A DNA stretch of 64,000 bases from a virus: the IMG/VR virus record IMGVR_UViG_3300033475_001387; one strand, 5' to 3'. A model generated the notes under the pieces. That model was given only the letters and a program-made list of their open reading frames with translations. It did no database searches and was not told the DNA's origin. The position numbers and the translations under genes are program-made. Positions 35,633 through 44,956 of the stretch are shown here, piece after piece (position 1 is the first letter of the stretch; the number at the start of each line of letters is the position of its first letter).

Positions 35633-38156
35633 TATCGCTCACCTCCGCATCCGGCTTCTGGGATCGTCTGGCTCGTATGATCCGCTTTCGCAGTAGCTCG
35701 GCGCTCGGCCCTGGCTGCTGATCCGCTCCACCTGGTCGTGCGGCGAGGTACTCAAAGCGGAACAGGTCAGCCATCAGGTATGTGGTCATCGGTCCTTCTG
35801 CAACAACTGCACGTACCAGCGGGTTGAGCTTTTTACGGGTGCTACGCGGACTTGGGATGGCTCCACCTATCCCGGAGCTAAGACCATGCTCCTCGAGCCA
35901 TCTGGCGAACTTCTGCTGCCAACCCATGCGACTTGCGTCGCCGGCCACGAAGTGATGGCGAGCTTCGAGCGCGGCTACGAGCGTGCGGGCGTTGTCGGGT
36001 TTGGTTGTGACCGCATCCCAGTACGCCTGGACCTGCGGCCAGATGCCGGAGCCGTCGAATGCGTTGAAGAACAACGCGTATCCGCTGATCAGCATCATGT
36101 CGATCAGGGGCGCGACCGCTCGGATGAGATGGTTAATCTGCGGTTGCTCGCTGACGTCCTCGGAGGCGCGCTCATGTGCGTCCTGCGCGAGTTGCATTGC
36201 TGCGGGAAACAGCGCGGACGCGGTCGTATCCTCGCCATCGAGGATGGCGTCGAATAATGCCTGCGAGACCACGCTGTAGGAGCGGCCGAGTAGATCGGGC
36301 TCGTCGCCAGAGTACCGGCGTGCGGGCAGCTTGGTTGCCGCGCCTCCGAGGGCACCGAGAAGTTTGGATCGGCGCTCGGCAAGCGACTGCCGGTCCGGCT
36401 TCCACACAGGCCAGGCGTCGTAGCTGTGTGTCTCGGGTTCCAGTTGCGCCAATGCCCGTCCAGCAGTCTCCACGTCGTCGACGGCGAGTTCTGCGCGTCC
36501 AAGTGCCTCCAGTCCGATCAACAGCATCGTCACGAGGACCTCAGGATCGGGTGCGTTCTGTACAGCGGCGTGCCGGGCTGCGAGATATGCGTGTAGATCG
36601 GCGAGGAGTTCGTCGGCGGTGGAGAAGAGGGCGCGCGCCAGGGTGTGCGCTGTCAGGTGGCGCAGCCACCAGGCAGGGCTGATCTCATGACCCTCCGCCT
36701 CCCGCTCGAGCGCCAGACCGAGTGCCATCGCGTCGAGCATGGCGCGAAGGTTTCTGGGGACCGGCACCAGCGCCATGATCTCCGGGTCGTTGGGCGCATG
36801 GGCTGCGCCTTCGAGGTGGTCGCCCATATCTGGGCTGGCAGCGTGGCGTGCAGCGATCGACAGCCCGTGCCACATTCGGCTTCGTACGACCGACCCGGCT
36901 TGCACCGCCGCATTTCGAAACCGTCGACGCTGCATATGGTCTGGCGCAAGATCGCTCTGCGCTGTCGGCGTGTCCGCCACGTGGTCGACCACGGCGCTCG
37001 CCGCTCGGCACAGCAGCAGAGCCTCGTCGATGTTCAAGTTCGCGACAAGTCCACCGGCCACCAGCGAGGTCACATCGATCGCGTCCATCGCCGCTTCCCA
37101 ACCCTCGCCGCGCACCAGCGGCCGCAGAATGCTGGTGTACTGCTCAGCCAACTCCCGCTCGATCCACATGCTGTCTGGCGCTACGTTTACGCGAACAGGC
37201 TCCTGCGTTACTGGATCCCTCAGCTCGAAGGGGTTCACCGCCAGCCAGTTCGTCGCCTGCACCTGACGTCTGAACCAGGCGCTATTGGAGGGAATTGTCG
37301 CCTTGAGCTGCGCGTAGACGTTCCACATGCGCATCGTCTCGCTCAGCACCGCCGGCGCGACCTCCACCAGCCCGTCTCGCTGCGCGATCATCGCAAGCAC
37401 CTGGCGCCTCAGGCGCAGAGCGCGTTCAGCGACTTCGTACGCCTCGGTCTGTTTCGTCTCATCCGGCCGGGTTCCGCTCGCTGGCACTGCCGCCTTCACG
37501 ACCGCAGCGATGAACAGGTCAGGCAACGGCTCGGCCAGCGTGACGAGATCGAAGAATCCAAATAGCCCCACGCCGAGCGCCGCCGAGCCTAGCACTGACA
37601 AGAGCGATAGCACGGCGAACAAAAGTACAGTCAGTGCGTACGGGTGATAACCCACGATATGGGCGGCGAGCAAGAGAATTCCCGCCATCAGCGCCCGAAC
37701 CACCGTGGCGACATACACGGCGTTTTGCCGCCCACGGAGAAATGCGGCGCGCACCTCGCCGGGTACGTTCGCGTACGCCGTAGCGGCGACCACCCCTAAC
37801 GTCGTGAAAAACAACGCCAGGAACGCAGCTAGCGAGCCGACCATCGCGGCCACGAACGCCTCGAAGTTATCCGGCGTCACTCGGTGGTCTAGGCCCCAGC
37901 CCGGTCCGGCGATGTGGAACCAGCGCGCCAACCTCGACACTGCCTCGGTACACACCACCAACCCGAGCGCCGTCACCACCGAGCCTCCCGTCTGCCAGAC
38001 CCACTCGACCGCCACGTGCCGCGCGCGCCATCTCGGCCACGCGGAGGGCCCTACGGCCGCCTCCAAGCGGCGGGCGATGCGGTGTGCTGGCGCTGCCAGC
38101 CGCTGCGCGGTGCGACGCAACGTGGAGCGACCGCACCTCGGAACCAATGACCGCAT
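35625..38156 (-). CDS. Large protein with N-terminal multi-TM region (DUF2254-like) and helical body
   Basis: 843 aa ORF; about four hydrophobic helices in first 200 aa; start uncertain. Confidence 0.7.
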   Translation of the reverse strand: MRSLVPRCGRSTLRRTAQRLAAPAHRIARRLEAAVGPSAWPRWRARHVAVEWVWQTGGSVVTALGLVVCTEAVSRLARWFHIAGPGWGLDHRVTPDNFEAFVAAMVGSLAAFLALFFTTLGVVAATAYANVPGEVRAAFLRGRQNAVYVATVVRALMAGILLLAAHIVGYHPYALTVLLFAVLSLLSVLGSAALGVGLFGFFDLVTLAEPLPDLFIAAVVKAAVPASGTRPDETKQTEAYEVAERALRLRRQVLAMIAQRDGLVEVAPAVLSETMRMWNVYAQLKATIPSNSAWFRRQVQATNWLAVNPFELRDPVTQEPVRVNVAPDSMWIERELAEQYTSILRPLVRGEGWEAAMDAIDVTSLVAGGLVANLNIDEALLLCRAASAVVDHVADTPTAQSDLAPDHMQRRRFRNAAVQAGSVVRSRMWHGLSIAARHAASPDMGDHLEGAAHAPNDPEIMALVPVPRNLRAMLDAMALGLALEREAEGHEISPAWWLRHLTAHTLARALFSTADELLADLHAYLAARHAAVQNAPDPEVLVTMLLIGLEALGRAELAVDDVETAGRALAQLEPETHSYDAWPVWKPDRQSLAERRSKLLGALGGAATKLPARRYSGDEPDLLGRSYSVVSQALFDAILDGEDTTASALFPAAMQLAQDAHERASEDVSEQPQINHLIRAVAPLIDMMLISGYALFFNAFDGSGIWPQVQAYWDAVTTKPDNARTLVAALEARHHFVAGDASRMGWQQKFARWLEEHGLSSGIGGAIPSPRSTRKKLNPLVRAVVAEGPMTTYLMADLFRFEYLAARPGGADQQPGPSAELLRKRIIRARRSQKPDAEVSDNA

Positions 38157-38316
38157 CGAACTCCCCTATCCACGATCGTCGCCATCGGCCTGGACGGCCA
38201 GCGAATCGGACTGAAGGACACCCATGTCCCGGAATCCGCCGCTAGTGGTAAATGTGCCAGTTGACAGGGCGATCCGGAGCCCTGCTCCGAATCACGGAAC
38301 CTGTTATCCCGCCGCT

Positions 38317-39645
38317 TCAGCTCGGCGCCATGTCGACGAATCTTGCATAATGGCCTTGAAATGCCACGGTCATGGTCGCGGCTGGCCCGCTGCGATGCTT
38401 CGCGACAATGAAGTCGGCCTCGCCAGCCCGCGGGGATTCGGGCTCGTAGGCTGCTTCGCGGTGCAGCAGGAGCACGACGTCTGCGTTGTCCTCGAGCGTT
38501 CCAGCGTCGCGCAGGTCGGCCATCATCGGCCTCCGGTCGGTGCGCTGCTCGGCGCCGCGGTTGAGCTGGGATACTGCGACGATGGGGATCTCAAGCTCTT
38601 TCGCGAGCTGCTTGAAGCACCGGGCGATCTCGGAGATTTCCAGGTAGCGAGTGTCAAACGGCCTCGTGCCATAGGTCATCATGTTGACGGTGTCGACGAT
38701 GGCCAGGCGTAGGTCGTGGCGGTCGCGTAGGCGGCGAGCCCGCGCCCGGATCTCGGTGAAGGTGAGGTCCGCCGTGTCGTCGATGAATAGCGGGGCTGCA
38801 GAAACCTCACCCATCCGATGGGCCAGCCGGCTCCATTCCTCGTCGGTCATCGTGCCTGAACGGATGTGGTGCAGTGCGACGCGCGACTCCGCGGCAAGAA
38901 GCCGCGTGGTGATCTCGTTGCGCCCCATCTCTAGAGAAAAGATGACCGAAGTCATCCCGTGCTTGATGGAGCACGATCGGGCCAGGTTGAGGGCGAGCAT
39001 GCTCTTTCCCATGGCCGGACGTCCAGCGATGATCACGAGCTGGCCCGGGTGCAGGCCCTGGGTAAGCAAGTCGAGATCGGCGAAGCCGGTGGGCACTCCG
39101 GTCATCTGGCCGGAGCGGTTAGAGATCGACTCGATTTCGTCGAGCGTGCCCTCCATGATGTCCGCCAGAGGCGCATATCCCGTTGGCTCCCGCGCTACGT
39201 CGGTGAGCAGCCGTGTTGCCGCCGCGTAGGTGTCCTCGGACTCGATGGAGCCTGCTGCCCTGGCTTCCGCAGCGATCTGAGCTCCCGCCTGTTCGAGCCG
39301 TCGGAGCAAGCCGCCTCCGCGAACCAGGTCGGCGAGCGACTCGATTTCGCTCGGGGCGCCGACCTTGCGAAGCAGTTCCTGCAGGTATTCCTTACCGCCG
39401 ACCTGAAGGAGCAGGCTGGCGCGATCGAGCCACTCGGCCACGGTGTCGAGGTCAACGGGCCCTCGGGCGAGGTAGACCTCGCAGATGGCGTGGAAGATAT
39501 CGGCATGCGCCGGGGACCGGAAATCTCGCTCCTCGAGCGCTGCGATGGCGTCTGCGATGGCATCCTTCGAGGTCAGCATCGCTCCCAGGAGACCCTGTTC
39601 CGAAGCCTCATCAGGCGAGCCACCTGGGGTCTCGGAATTGGCCAT
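38317..39645 (-). CDS. dnaB: Second replicative DNA helicase
   Basis: IAGRPAMGKS, SQLNRGAEQR, DLRDAGTLEDNAD, IVAKHRSG. Confidence 0.92.
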   Translation of the reverse strand: MANSETPGGSPDEASEQGLLGAMLTSKDAIADAIAALEERDFRSPAHADIFHAICEVYLARGPVDLDTVAEWLDRASLLLQVGGKEYLQELLRKVGAPSEIESLADLVRGGGLLRRLEQAGAQIAAEARAAGSIESEDTYAAATRLLTDVAREPTGYAPLADIMEGTLDEIESISNRSGQMTGVPTGFADLDLLTQGLHPGQLVIIAGRPAMGKSMLALNLARSCSIKHGMTSVIFSLEMGRNEITTRLLAAESRVALHHIRSGTMTDEEWSRLAHRMGEVSAAPLFIDDTADLTFTEIRARARRLRDRHDLRLAIVDTVNMMTYGTRPFDTRYLEISEIARCFKQLAKELEIPIVAVSQLNRGAEQRTDRRPMMADLRDAGTLEDNADVVLLLHREAAYEPESPRAGEADFIVAKHRSGPAATMTVAFQGHYARFVDMAPS

Positions 39646-39783
39646 GTCGTCCGTCTCTATCGAGGATTGGTTGCCGCTGTGCGTGCCCGAGGGGAGCCGC
39701 CGCCGACGCCCAGCCGAGGTTAGCGCAACGCCTCGCGGTGCGCAGGCGATTCGGGCCCATCCACGGGCAGCGCTTCTCCCTCG

Positions 39784-40242
39784 TCAGGCGAAGAGCGCCT
39801 TCGGATCCCAGCCGGGCACAACGGTTACGGGGATGCCGGCGCGCTGCCAGACCTCGACGACCTCGGGTCGGTCATCGTAGGCGTGCACGACCTGGAAGCT
39901 CGGTCGGATCTTCCTGAGGATCTCGGCCTTCACCACGTGGTCCGGGCGCGAGTCGTTCGTCGCGCGCATCCACATCGCCTCGGACGGGACGTCGTGCAGT
40001 GCGAGCCACCAGGCGGTGATATTCCGGTAGCGGGCCTGCCGCGCGGTCACGATCAACACGGCGCGACCTGCCGCGTGCTCGGCGCGGGCGGCCTGCACAA
40101 CCCAGTCGTTCGCGGGTGCGTCGATGCTGGCGCGGTGGAACGCGTCGAACCGGCCGGGCCCGTCGAGCAGGTGGCGCAGGCCTCGCACGTCGGCGAGGGT
40201 GCCGTCCATGTCGAACACCACGGCCTCGGGCAGATCAGGCAA
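39784..40242 (-). CDS. HAD phosphatase, Pnkp 3'-phosphatase-like
   Basis: FDMDGTLAD, IVTAR, MRATNDSRPDHVVK, YDDRPEVV; TTG start overlapping upstream stop. Confidence 0.85.
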   Translation of the reverse strand: MPDLPEAVVFDMDGTLADVRGLRHLLDGPGRFDAFHRASIDAPANDWVVQAARAEHAAGRAVLIVTARQARYRNITAWWLALHDVPSEAMWMRATNDSRPDHVVKAEILRKIRPSFQVVHAYDDRPEVVEVWQRAGIPVTVVPGWDPKALFA

Positions 40243-40960
40243 CGGGCACCTCCTCGCGCGGCTGGATGTAGTGGGCGGCGCGGACCCGGTTGAGCCAGGC
40301 CTGCACGACGCCGGTGCGCGGCTCGTCCGGCAGCACGGTGCGCGCGCTGGCGAACCGCTCCTCCGCGGCCGCCATGAACGGCACCGCGGTCTGCGGGTCG
40401 GCGGCGACCTGCTCGCCGAAGTCCAGGTAGCGCTGCGGGTCCTCGAGCCGGATGCGCAGCCGGCCGGTGGTGTAGAGCTCATAGCCCTGATCCACCAAGC
40501 GCATCAGGTGCCGGGCATGCTTGGCGGTGCGCCGGTCGGGGATGTCGCTGCCGAACCTGCCGCGGTCGAGCAGCCTGCGGAACTGCTGGGTCGCGTACCC
40601 GAGATACGCGTCGTGGGTGCGCTTGGCGGACAGAAACGCTTCGCGGATCGCGATCAGGTCGGCGCCGAGGGGCGTGCGGATCTCGTACTCGTCGAGGTGC
40701 ATCAGCTCCATGACCGTCGGATTGCCGCGGAGCGCGAGCCGCGCGTACTTCGCTGCCTCGTGCAGGGTCACGTCCGGGTCGTGGGTGACCCACGAGTCCT
40801 TCGGCTCGTCAAGGTCGAACAGGCGCCGCGTCGGCCACGCGAACACGCCAAGCCTGTCCACGTCGGAGTCGGGGCCGGCCAGCCCGTAGGCGGTGGACCC
40901 GACGATGCCCTGCAGCAGGATGTGCACGGTTCCTCCCCGGGCGTTGGCGATGTCATCCAT
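40235..40960 (-). CDS. Pol-beta superfamily nucleotidyltransferase (RlaP/YcgL type)
   Basis: GIVGSTAYGLAGPDSDVDRLGVF, GNPTVMEL, KHARHLMRL. Confidence 0.88.
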   Translation of the reverse strand: MDDIANARGGTVHILLQGIVGSTAYGLAGPDSDVDRLGVFAWPTRRLFDLDEPKDSWVTHDPDVTLHEAAKYARLALRGNPTVMELMHLDEYEIRTPLGADLIAIREAFLSAKRTHDAYLGYATQQFRRLLDRGRFGSDIPDRRTAKHARHLMRLVDQGYELYTTGRLRIRLEDPQRYLDFGEQVAADPQTAVPFMAAAEERFASARTVLPDEPRTGVVQAWLNRVRAAHYIQPREEVPVA

Positions 40961-41009
40961 GGTGCCTCGATTTTCGAGGGGCGCAGCACCGTTTCTGCGG
41001 CCGTGTCGG

Positions 41010-41615
41010 CTACGAGAGGCCGAGCGCGCTCTCGGCGGTCATCCAGTTCGCGGCGATGGCCTGCTGCGCCGCGGCGACCTGGACCTTGCCGGAGCATACG
41101 GCCTTGTGAAGGTCGTTTTCGACCTTGTCCTTGGGGTTGGGCAGCTTCCCGACCTCCGGCCAGAGGTTGGCGACGTCGTTGGCTCCCCCAAGTTCGAGAG
41201 GGACATCGTGGTCGAGCTCTGAGACGGTGCCATTCGGGATGCTGTATGCGACGTACATCTTCGCCTTGAGCTTGTTGGTCGCGCTCGAGGACGGGCGGAC
41301 CTTCGCCGTGTAGCCGGAGGCGCAAATCGTGCTGCCGATGTTCGCCTGGGTGACCGCGGGGTCGATCGCGCCGGGCGTGCAGGCCGGGTCCGGCCGCGGG
41401 CCGGACAGGACATGGCAGGACGCGGGCACGGTCCCGGTCACCTTGCCGGGATCGTGGACCTGTAGGAGCGCGCCGGCGCGGGCCTGGCTGCCTGCCGAGG
41501 CCGCGCCGGCGGTCGCCGTGCCCGCCGCTGTGCCGGACCCCTGGACCTTGCATCCGGCGACGCAGCAGGCTGCGATAGCGAAGGTCGCGGCCAGGGCACG
41601 GAAGTTTCGTGTCAT
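41010..41615 (-). CDS. Secreted lipoprotein with HNH-like motif
   Basis: Signal with VAGC; PD...TPGA, ELDHDVPLELGG.N...NLWPE. Confidence 0.75.
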   Translation of the reverse strand: MTRNFRALAATFAIAACCVAGCKVQGSGTAAGTATAGAASAGSQARAGALLQVHDPGKVTGTVPASCHVLSGPRPDPACTPGAIDPAVTQANIGSTICASGYTAKVRPSSSATNKLKAKMYVAYSIPNGTVSELDHDVPLELGGANDVANLWPEVGKLPNPKDKVENDLHKAVCSGKVQVAAAQQAIAANWMTAESALGLS

Positions 41616-41692
41616 GCCTCGATTGTCGCGCCTCAGCCCGAGCTCCGCGGCCATTCAGCCCCGTGTGGCCGCCAGAGCTCAGGCGATGGGCG

Positions 41693-42439
41693 TCAGTACC
41701 TCCACGGCACCCGGGCGAGCACCAGGCCGGTCACCGACGCGGCACCGTGCTCCTTGAGCAGCCGCGCTACCGTGTCGAGCTGCGCTCCGGTGGTGAGCAC
41801 GTCGTCGTACACGAGGATCCGCGCGTCCAGCACCGACTCGAGGCCGTTGGGGAACTCCAGTGCCGCGGCGTGCGCTTCAGCGGCCTGGATCTTCGGCGCG
41901 AAGCTGGTGCTCTTCGACTTCGTCGTCTCGCTCGTCTTGATCATGACCGGCTCGTCCGGATGGACGATGTTGAAGTCATCCCACGCATCCTCACGCCAGG
42001 CGTGCCTGAGCACGGCCTCGGTGTGCCCGATGTCGCCTTCACGCCGGAACGTCGGATTCGGGATGATCAGATCGAAGTCCAGGGGGCTGCGGTTGCGGCG
42101 CAGCCACCCGAACACCAAGCGCCCGAATATCAGACCCCAGTGCGAGGACGGATTCTCCTTCAGCCTGAAGATCAGGCCGCGCAGCGGGTCGGTGTACACC
42201 GCCACCGCCGCCACCGACTCGATCGCCCGGTTCGGGTCGTTGCAGATCCGGTTCGTGCACTTACCCGACGCGCCGAGAGCCTGGCTGCACACCTCGCAGT
42301 GGTCGTCAGCGATCGGGGTGAGGGTCTTGGCCGCGCAGCGGGTGCACACCCGCACCGGGCCGTTGACGAGGAACGCGCAGGACAGGCAGTTCGGGAACCC
42401 CTTGGGCTCCGGAAGGCCGAGGCCGGCGCGATCCGTCAC
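41693..42439 (-). CDS. ComF-like phosphoribosyltransferase with N-terminal double zinc ribbon
   Basis: CLSC..CTRC..CEVC..C....C; ILVYDDVLTTGAQ PRPP loop. Confidence 0.88.
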   Translation of the reverse strand: MTDRAGLGLPEPKGFPNCLSCAFLVNGPVRVCTRCAAKTLTPIADDHCEVCSQALGASGKCTNRICNDPNRAIESVAAVAVYTDPLRGLIFRLKENPSSHWGLIFGRLVFGWLRRNRSPLDFDLIIPNPTFRREGDIGHTEAVLRHAWREDAWDDFNIVHPDEPVMIKTSETTKSKSTSFAPKIQAAEAHAAALEFPNGLESVLDARILVYDDVLTTGAQLDTVARLLKEHGAASVTGLVLARVPWRY

Positions 42440-43398
42440 TCTTCCTCCGCGAAAAGGTCGATGGCGAGCTGCTGGCGCGACTCTGCGACCGCGCTGATTC
42501 GGTCGGGTTCGGCCAGGTGCTTGAGAATCGTATCGCTGTCATCGACCTCTGTGGCTTTTCGGTCGGCGAGCATTTTCGCGGCCCAAGGCTGGGACTGTAC
42601 GAGCGAGCGAATCAGGAACACGCGCTTGCCGTGCTCGTAGGCGTATCTGGCCTGGAGTTTCGCACCGGACGTGGACCCGGCTTCGATTACGCAGGTGGCT
42701 TGGGAGAGCCCGGACATGGTGACGTTGCGCCGAGGGAACGTCCACTTCGCTGCCGATGACGATGGCCAGAACTGAGAGATCACGGCACCGTGCTCGGCGA
42801 TCCGGTCGGCGAGAGCCCGGTTCTCGGCGGGATAGCACTTCGTGATGCCGGTGCCGACAACGGCGAGGGTGCGGCCGCCCGCATCGAGGGTGGCCGTGTG
42901 CGCCGCGGTGTCGATACCGCGAGCGAGCCCGGAACAAATCCGCACTCCGTGGTCGCTGAGCTCCCGCGCCATGCGCGCGGCACGCCTGAGACCGTCGTCT
43001 GTGGCCTGACGGGTGCCGACCACGGCGATGGAGTAGGCGTCGTCTGGTTCGAGGGTGCCTTGGTAGAACAGGAACGGCGGCAGGTTCGGCACCAGGCGCA
43101 GGTTCGCTGGGTAGTCCTTGTCGAGCACGGTGGTCAGCCGCGCTCCGAAGCGTTCGGCGATCTCGAGTTCGCGTGTCACGCGCTCTTCAGCGGCCGAGAG
43201 GTCATGTTCCAGACCTGCGGCAAGGACGGTCTCGGATTTACGGGCGGCGCGGGAGTCTTCGGGGATGTGGCCGCGGTAGAGCTGGTCCAGGCCTCCGGCG
43301 AGTTGCGCTGTGCGCGCGAGGACGTACCAGTCAATGGTCGCGTCGCCGTGTCGTATGGCGGCGAGCACCAGCAGCCTGCGCTGGTCTGAAGTCGTCAC
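42436..43398 (-). CDS. dprA: DprA/Smf-family protein
   Basis: IAVVGTR, SGLARGIDTAAH, FPRRN, IEAGSTSGA; no C-terminal winged helix; start uncertain. Confidence 0.9.
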   Translation of the reverse strand: MTTSDQRRLLVLAAIRHGDATIDWYVLARTAQLAGGLDQLYRGHIPEDSRAARKSETVLAAGLEHDLSAAEERVTRELEIAERFGARLTTVLDKDYPANLRLVPNLPPFLFYQGTLEPDDAYSIAVVGTRQATDDGLRRAARMARELSDHGVRICSGLARGIDTAAHTATLDAGGRTLAVVGTGITKCYPAENRALADRIAEHGAVISQFWPSSSAAKWTFPRRNVTMSGLSQATCVIEAGSTSGAKLQARYAYEHGKRVFLIRSLVQSQPWAAKMLADRKATEVDDSDTILKHLAEPDRISAVAESRQQLAIDLFAEEE

Positions 43399-43628
43399 GG
43401 TGTGCCCTTCTACTGGGTTGCTCATGTTCGAAGGTGCGCGGTGTACCCGACGTATCAGTGGTACGTCGGGTACGCCGCACATCATGCCGTCTGCCTCTGA
43501 CATCGCATAGTGCTGGGTGTGTGTCGCGCTACACATTCGCCTGAGTGGGTGAGCTGTCGGTGACGTGCGGTGATCTTATGTCGGGTGGTGCGAGATGGCG
43601 TGTCGCGAAATGGAGTGATGTGCGCGCG

Positions 43629-44153
43629 CTAGCGCGGTCCATGGCAGGAGGCGCACAGGCCGAGGTCGGCCATGGTCGCCGCCACCACGTTCGGCGGAAA
43701 CGCGAGCACCGGCTCGCGCTCGTCCACGTCGTCGAGACGGGCGTGGAACCGCAGCGACGTGTCGACGGCGCGGACCGGCCGGCCGGGCGTCTCAGTGAAG
43801 AACGCGACCGGGAAGTCGGTGAGCACGGCCAGGCGCAGCATCTCGTCCCACGTCGGGTAGAGGATCCCGGCCTCCCACATGTCCACCGACGGGTCCTCGA
43901 CGCCGAGGTCTACGTCGACCTGGGGCCCGTGCAGTTCGCGGATGTCGAGCGCCGTCGTGATGCGCCACGGGACGACGAGGCCGTCGTGCCAGCGGCGGTG
44001 CGCGGCAGCGGCACCGGGTGCCCGGCCGGCGCGCACGACCTCGAGCGAGACGACCGGCTCGGGCTCGGGAATCGCGAGCTGCACCTGCTGCGGCACCCGG
44101 ACCTTCCGCGGCACCGTGCGGCGCCGCGGTGCGGGCGGGGCATCGCGGGTCAC
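43629..44153 (-). CDS. XRE-like HTH protein
   Basis: VDVDLGVEDPSVDMWEAGILYPTWDEMLRLAVLTDFPVAFF. Confidence 0.65.
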   Translation of the reverse strand: MTRDAPPAPRRRTVPRKVRVPQQVQLAIPEPEPVVSLEVVRAGRAPGAAAAHRRWHDGLVVPWRITTALDIRELHGPQVDVDLGVEDPSVDMWEAGILYPTWDEMLRLAVLTDFPVAFFTETPGRPVRAVDTSLRFHARLDDVDEREPVLAFPPNVVAATMADLGLCASCHGPR

Positions 44154-44956
44154 AGCGCGTCCCCGACGATCAGCCGCAGGCGCGGCTTCTTCGGCACCAA
44201 CTGCGCGGCCTCCGGCGTGGTGGGCCAGTCGTCCGCGCACAGCCCGTACACCGGCGCCTCCCAGCCCCGAGCCATGCTCGAGTACATCCGCTGCCACGGC
44301 GCCTTGAAGTAGCACGGCAGCAGCCCGCCGACGTTCGGCACCGGCACCGGCGGCTCGCCGGCGGCCTCGACCTGCGCGCGCACCCGCGCGGCCTGGTCCT
44401 TGTGCCTCGTGCAGAACCAGTGGTCCACCTGCCAGCCCGTGCGCAGGTCCCGCTCGACCACGTGCAACTCCGGGTTCGGGCGGGCCCCGCACACCGCGCC
44501 GACCGGCGCCGGCTTCCACACGACCGCGCCTTCGGCGGGGCCGATCCGCTTAACCGGCCGGCACTGGCCGAGGTGCGGGTGATGCGGGTACGCGCAGCGG
44601 ATCGTGGTCGTCGCACGCCGCGGCTCCTGCACCCGCACCCGCGGCGCCTCGCAGGCCGCGGTGGGCCACGTGTTCGCCGGCTCGTAGCGCGGGGCGTCGG
44701 CGGCGACCGCGTCCTTGTACCGGGCCCGACCGCGCTCGTTGACACCCATCAGGCCACTGACGGCCTGCCACAGGAGCCTGCCGCGGTCCTTCCGGCTCAG
44801 GTCCGGGCCGGCCGCGGGCGCGTGCTCGAGCACGTACGCAAGGGCGAGCAACAGCTCCCGCACGAGCGGGCTAGCGCGCTTCTCGAACCACAGGCGCGTG
44901 GTGAACTCGTCGTACGAGCGCAGCCGCGCCACGTCGTCAGTCGTCTGAGCGGTCAC
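44150..44956 (-). CDS. Hypothetical protein with Cys/His motifs
   Basis: GTGA coupling; WFCTRH. Confidence 0.6.
   Translation of the reverse strand: MTAQTTDDVARLRSYDEFTTRLWFEKRASPLVRELLLALAYVLEHAPAAGPDLSRKDRGRLLWQAVSGLMGVNERGRARYKDAVAADAPRYEPANTWPTAACEAPRVRVQEPRRATTTIRCAYPHHPHLGQCRPVKRIGPAEGAVVWKPAPVGAVCGARPNPELHVVERDLRTGWQVDHWFCTRHKDQAARVRAQVEAAGEPPVPVPNVGGLLPCYFKAPWQRMYSSMARGWEAPVYGLCADDWPTTPEAAQLVPKKPRLRLIVGDAL

Noticed and set aside
41693-43398. Natural-competence locus (dprA-comF)
   Set aside because: No other competence genes, DprA lacks the C-terminal domain, and context is a mobile accessory block; defence interpretation preferred but not proven
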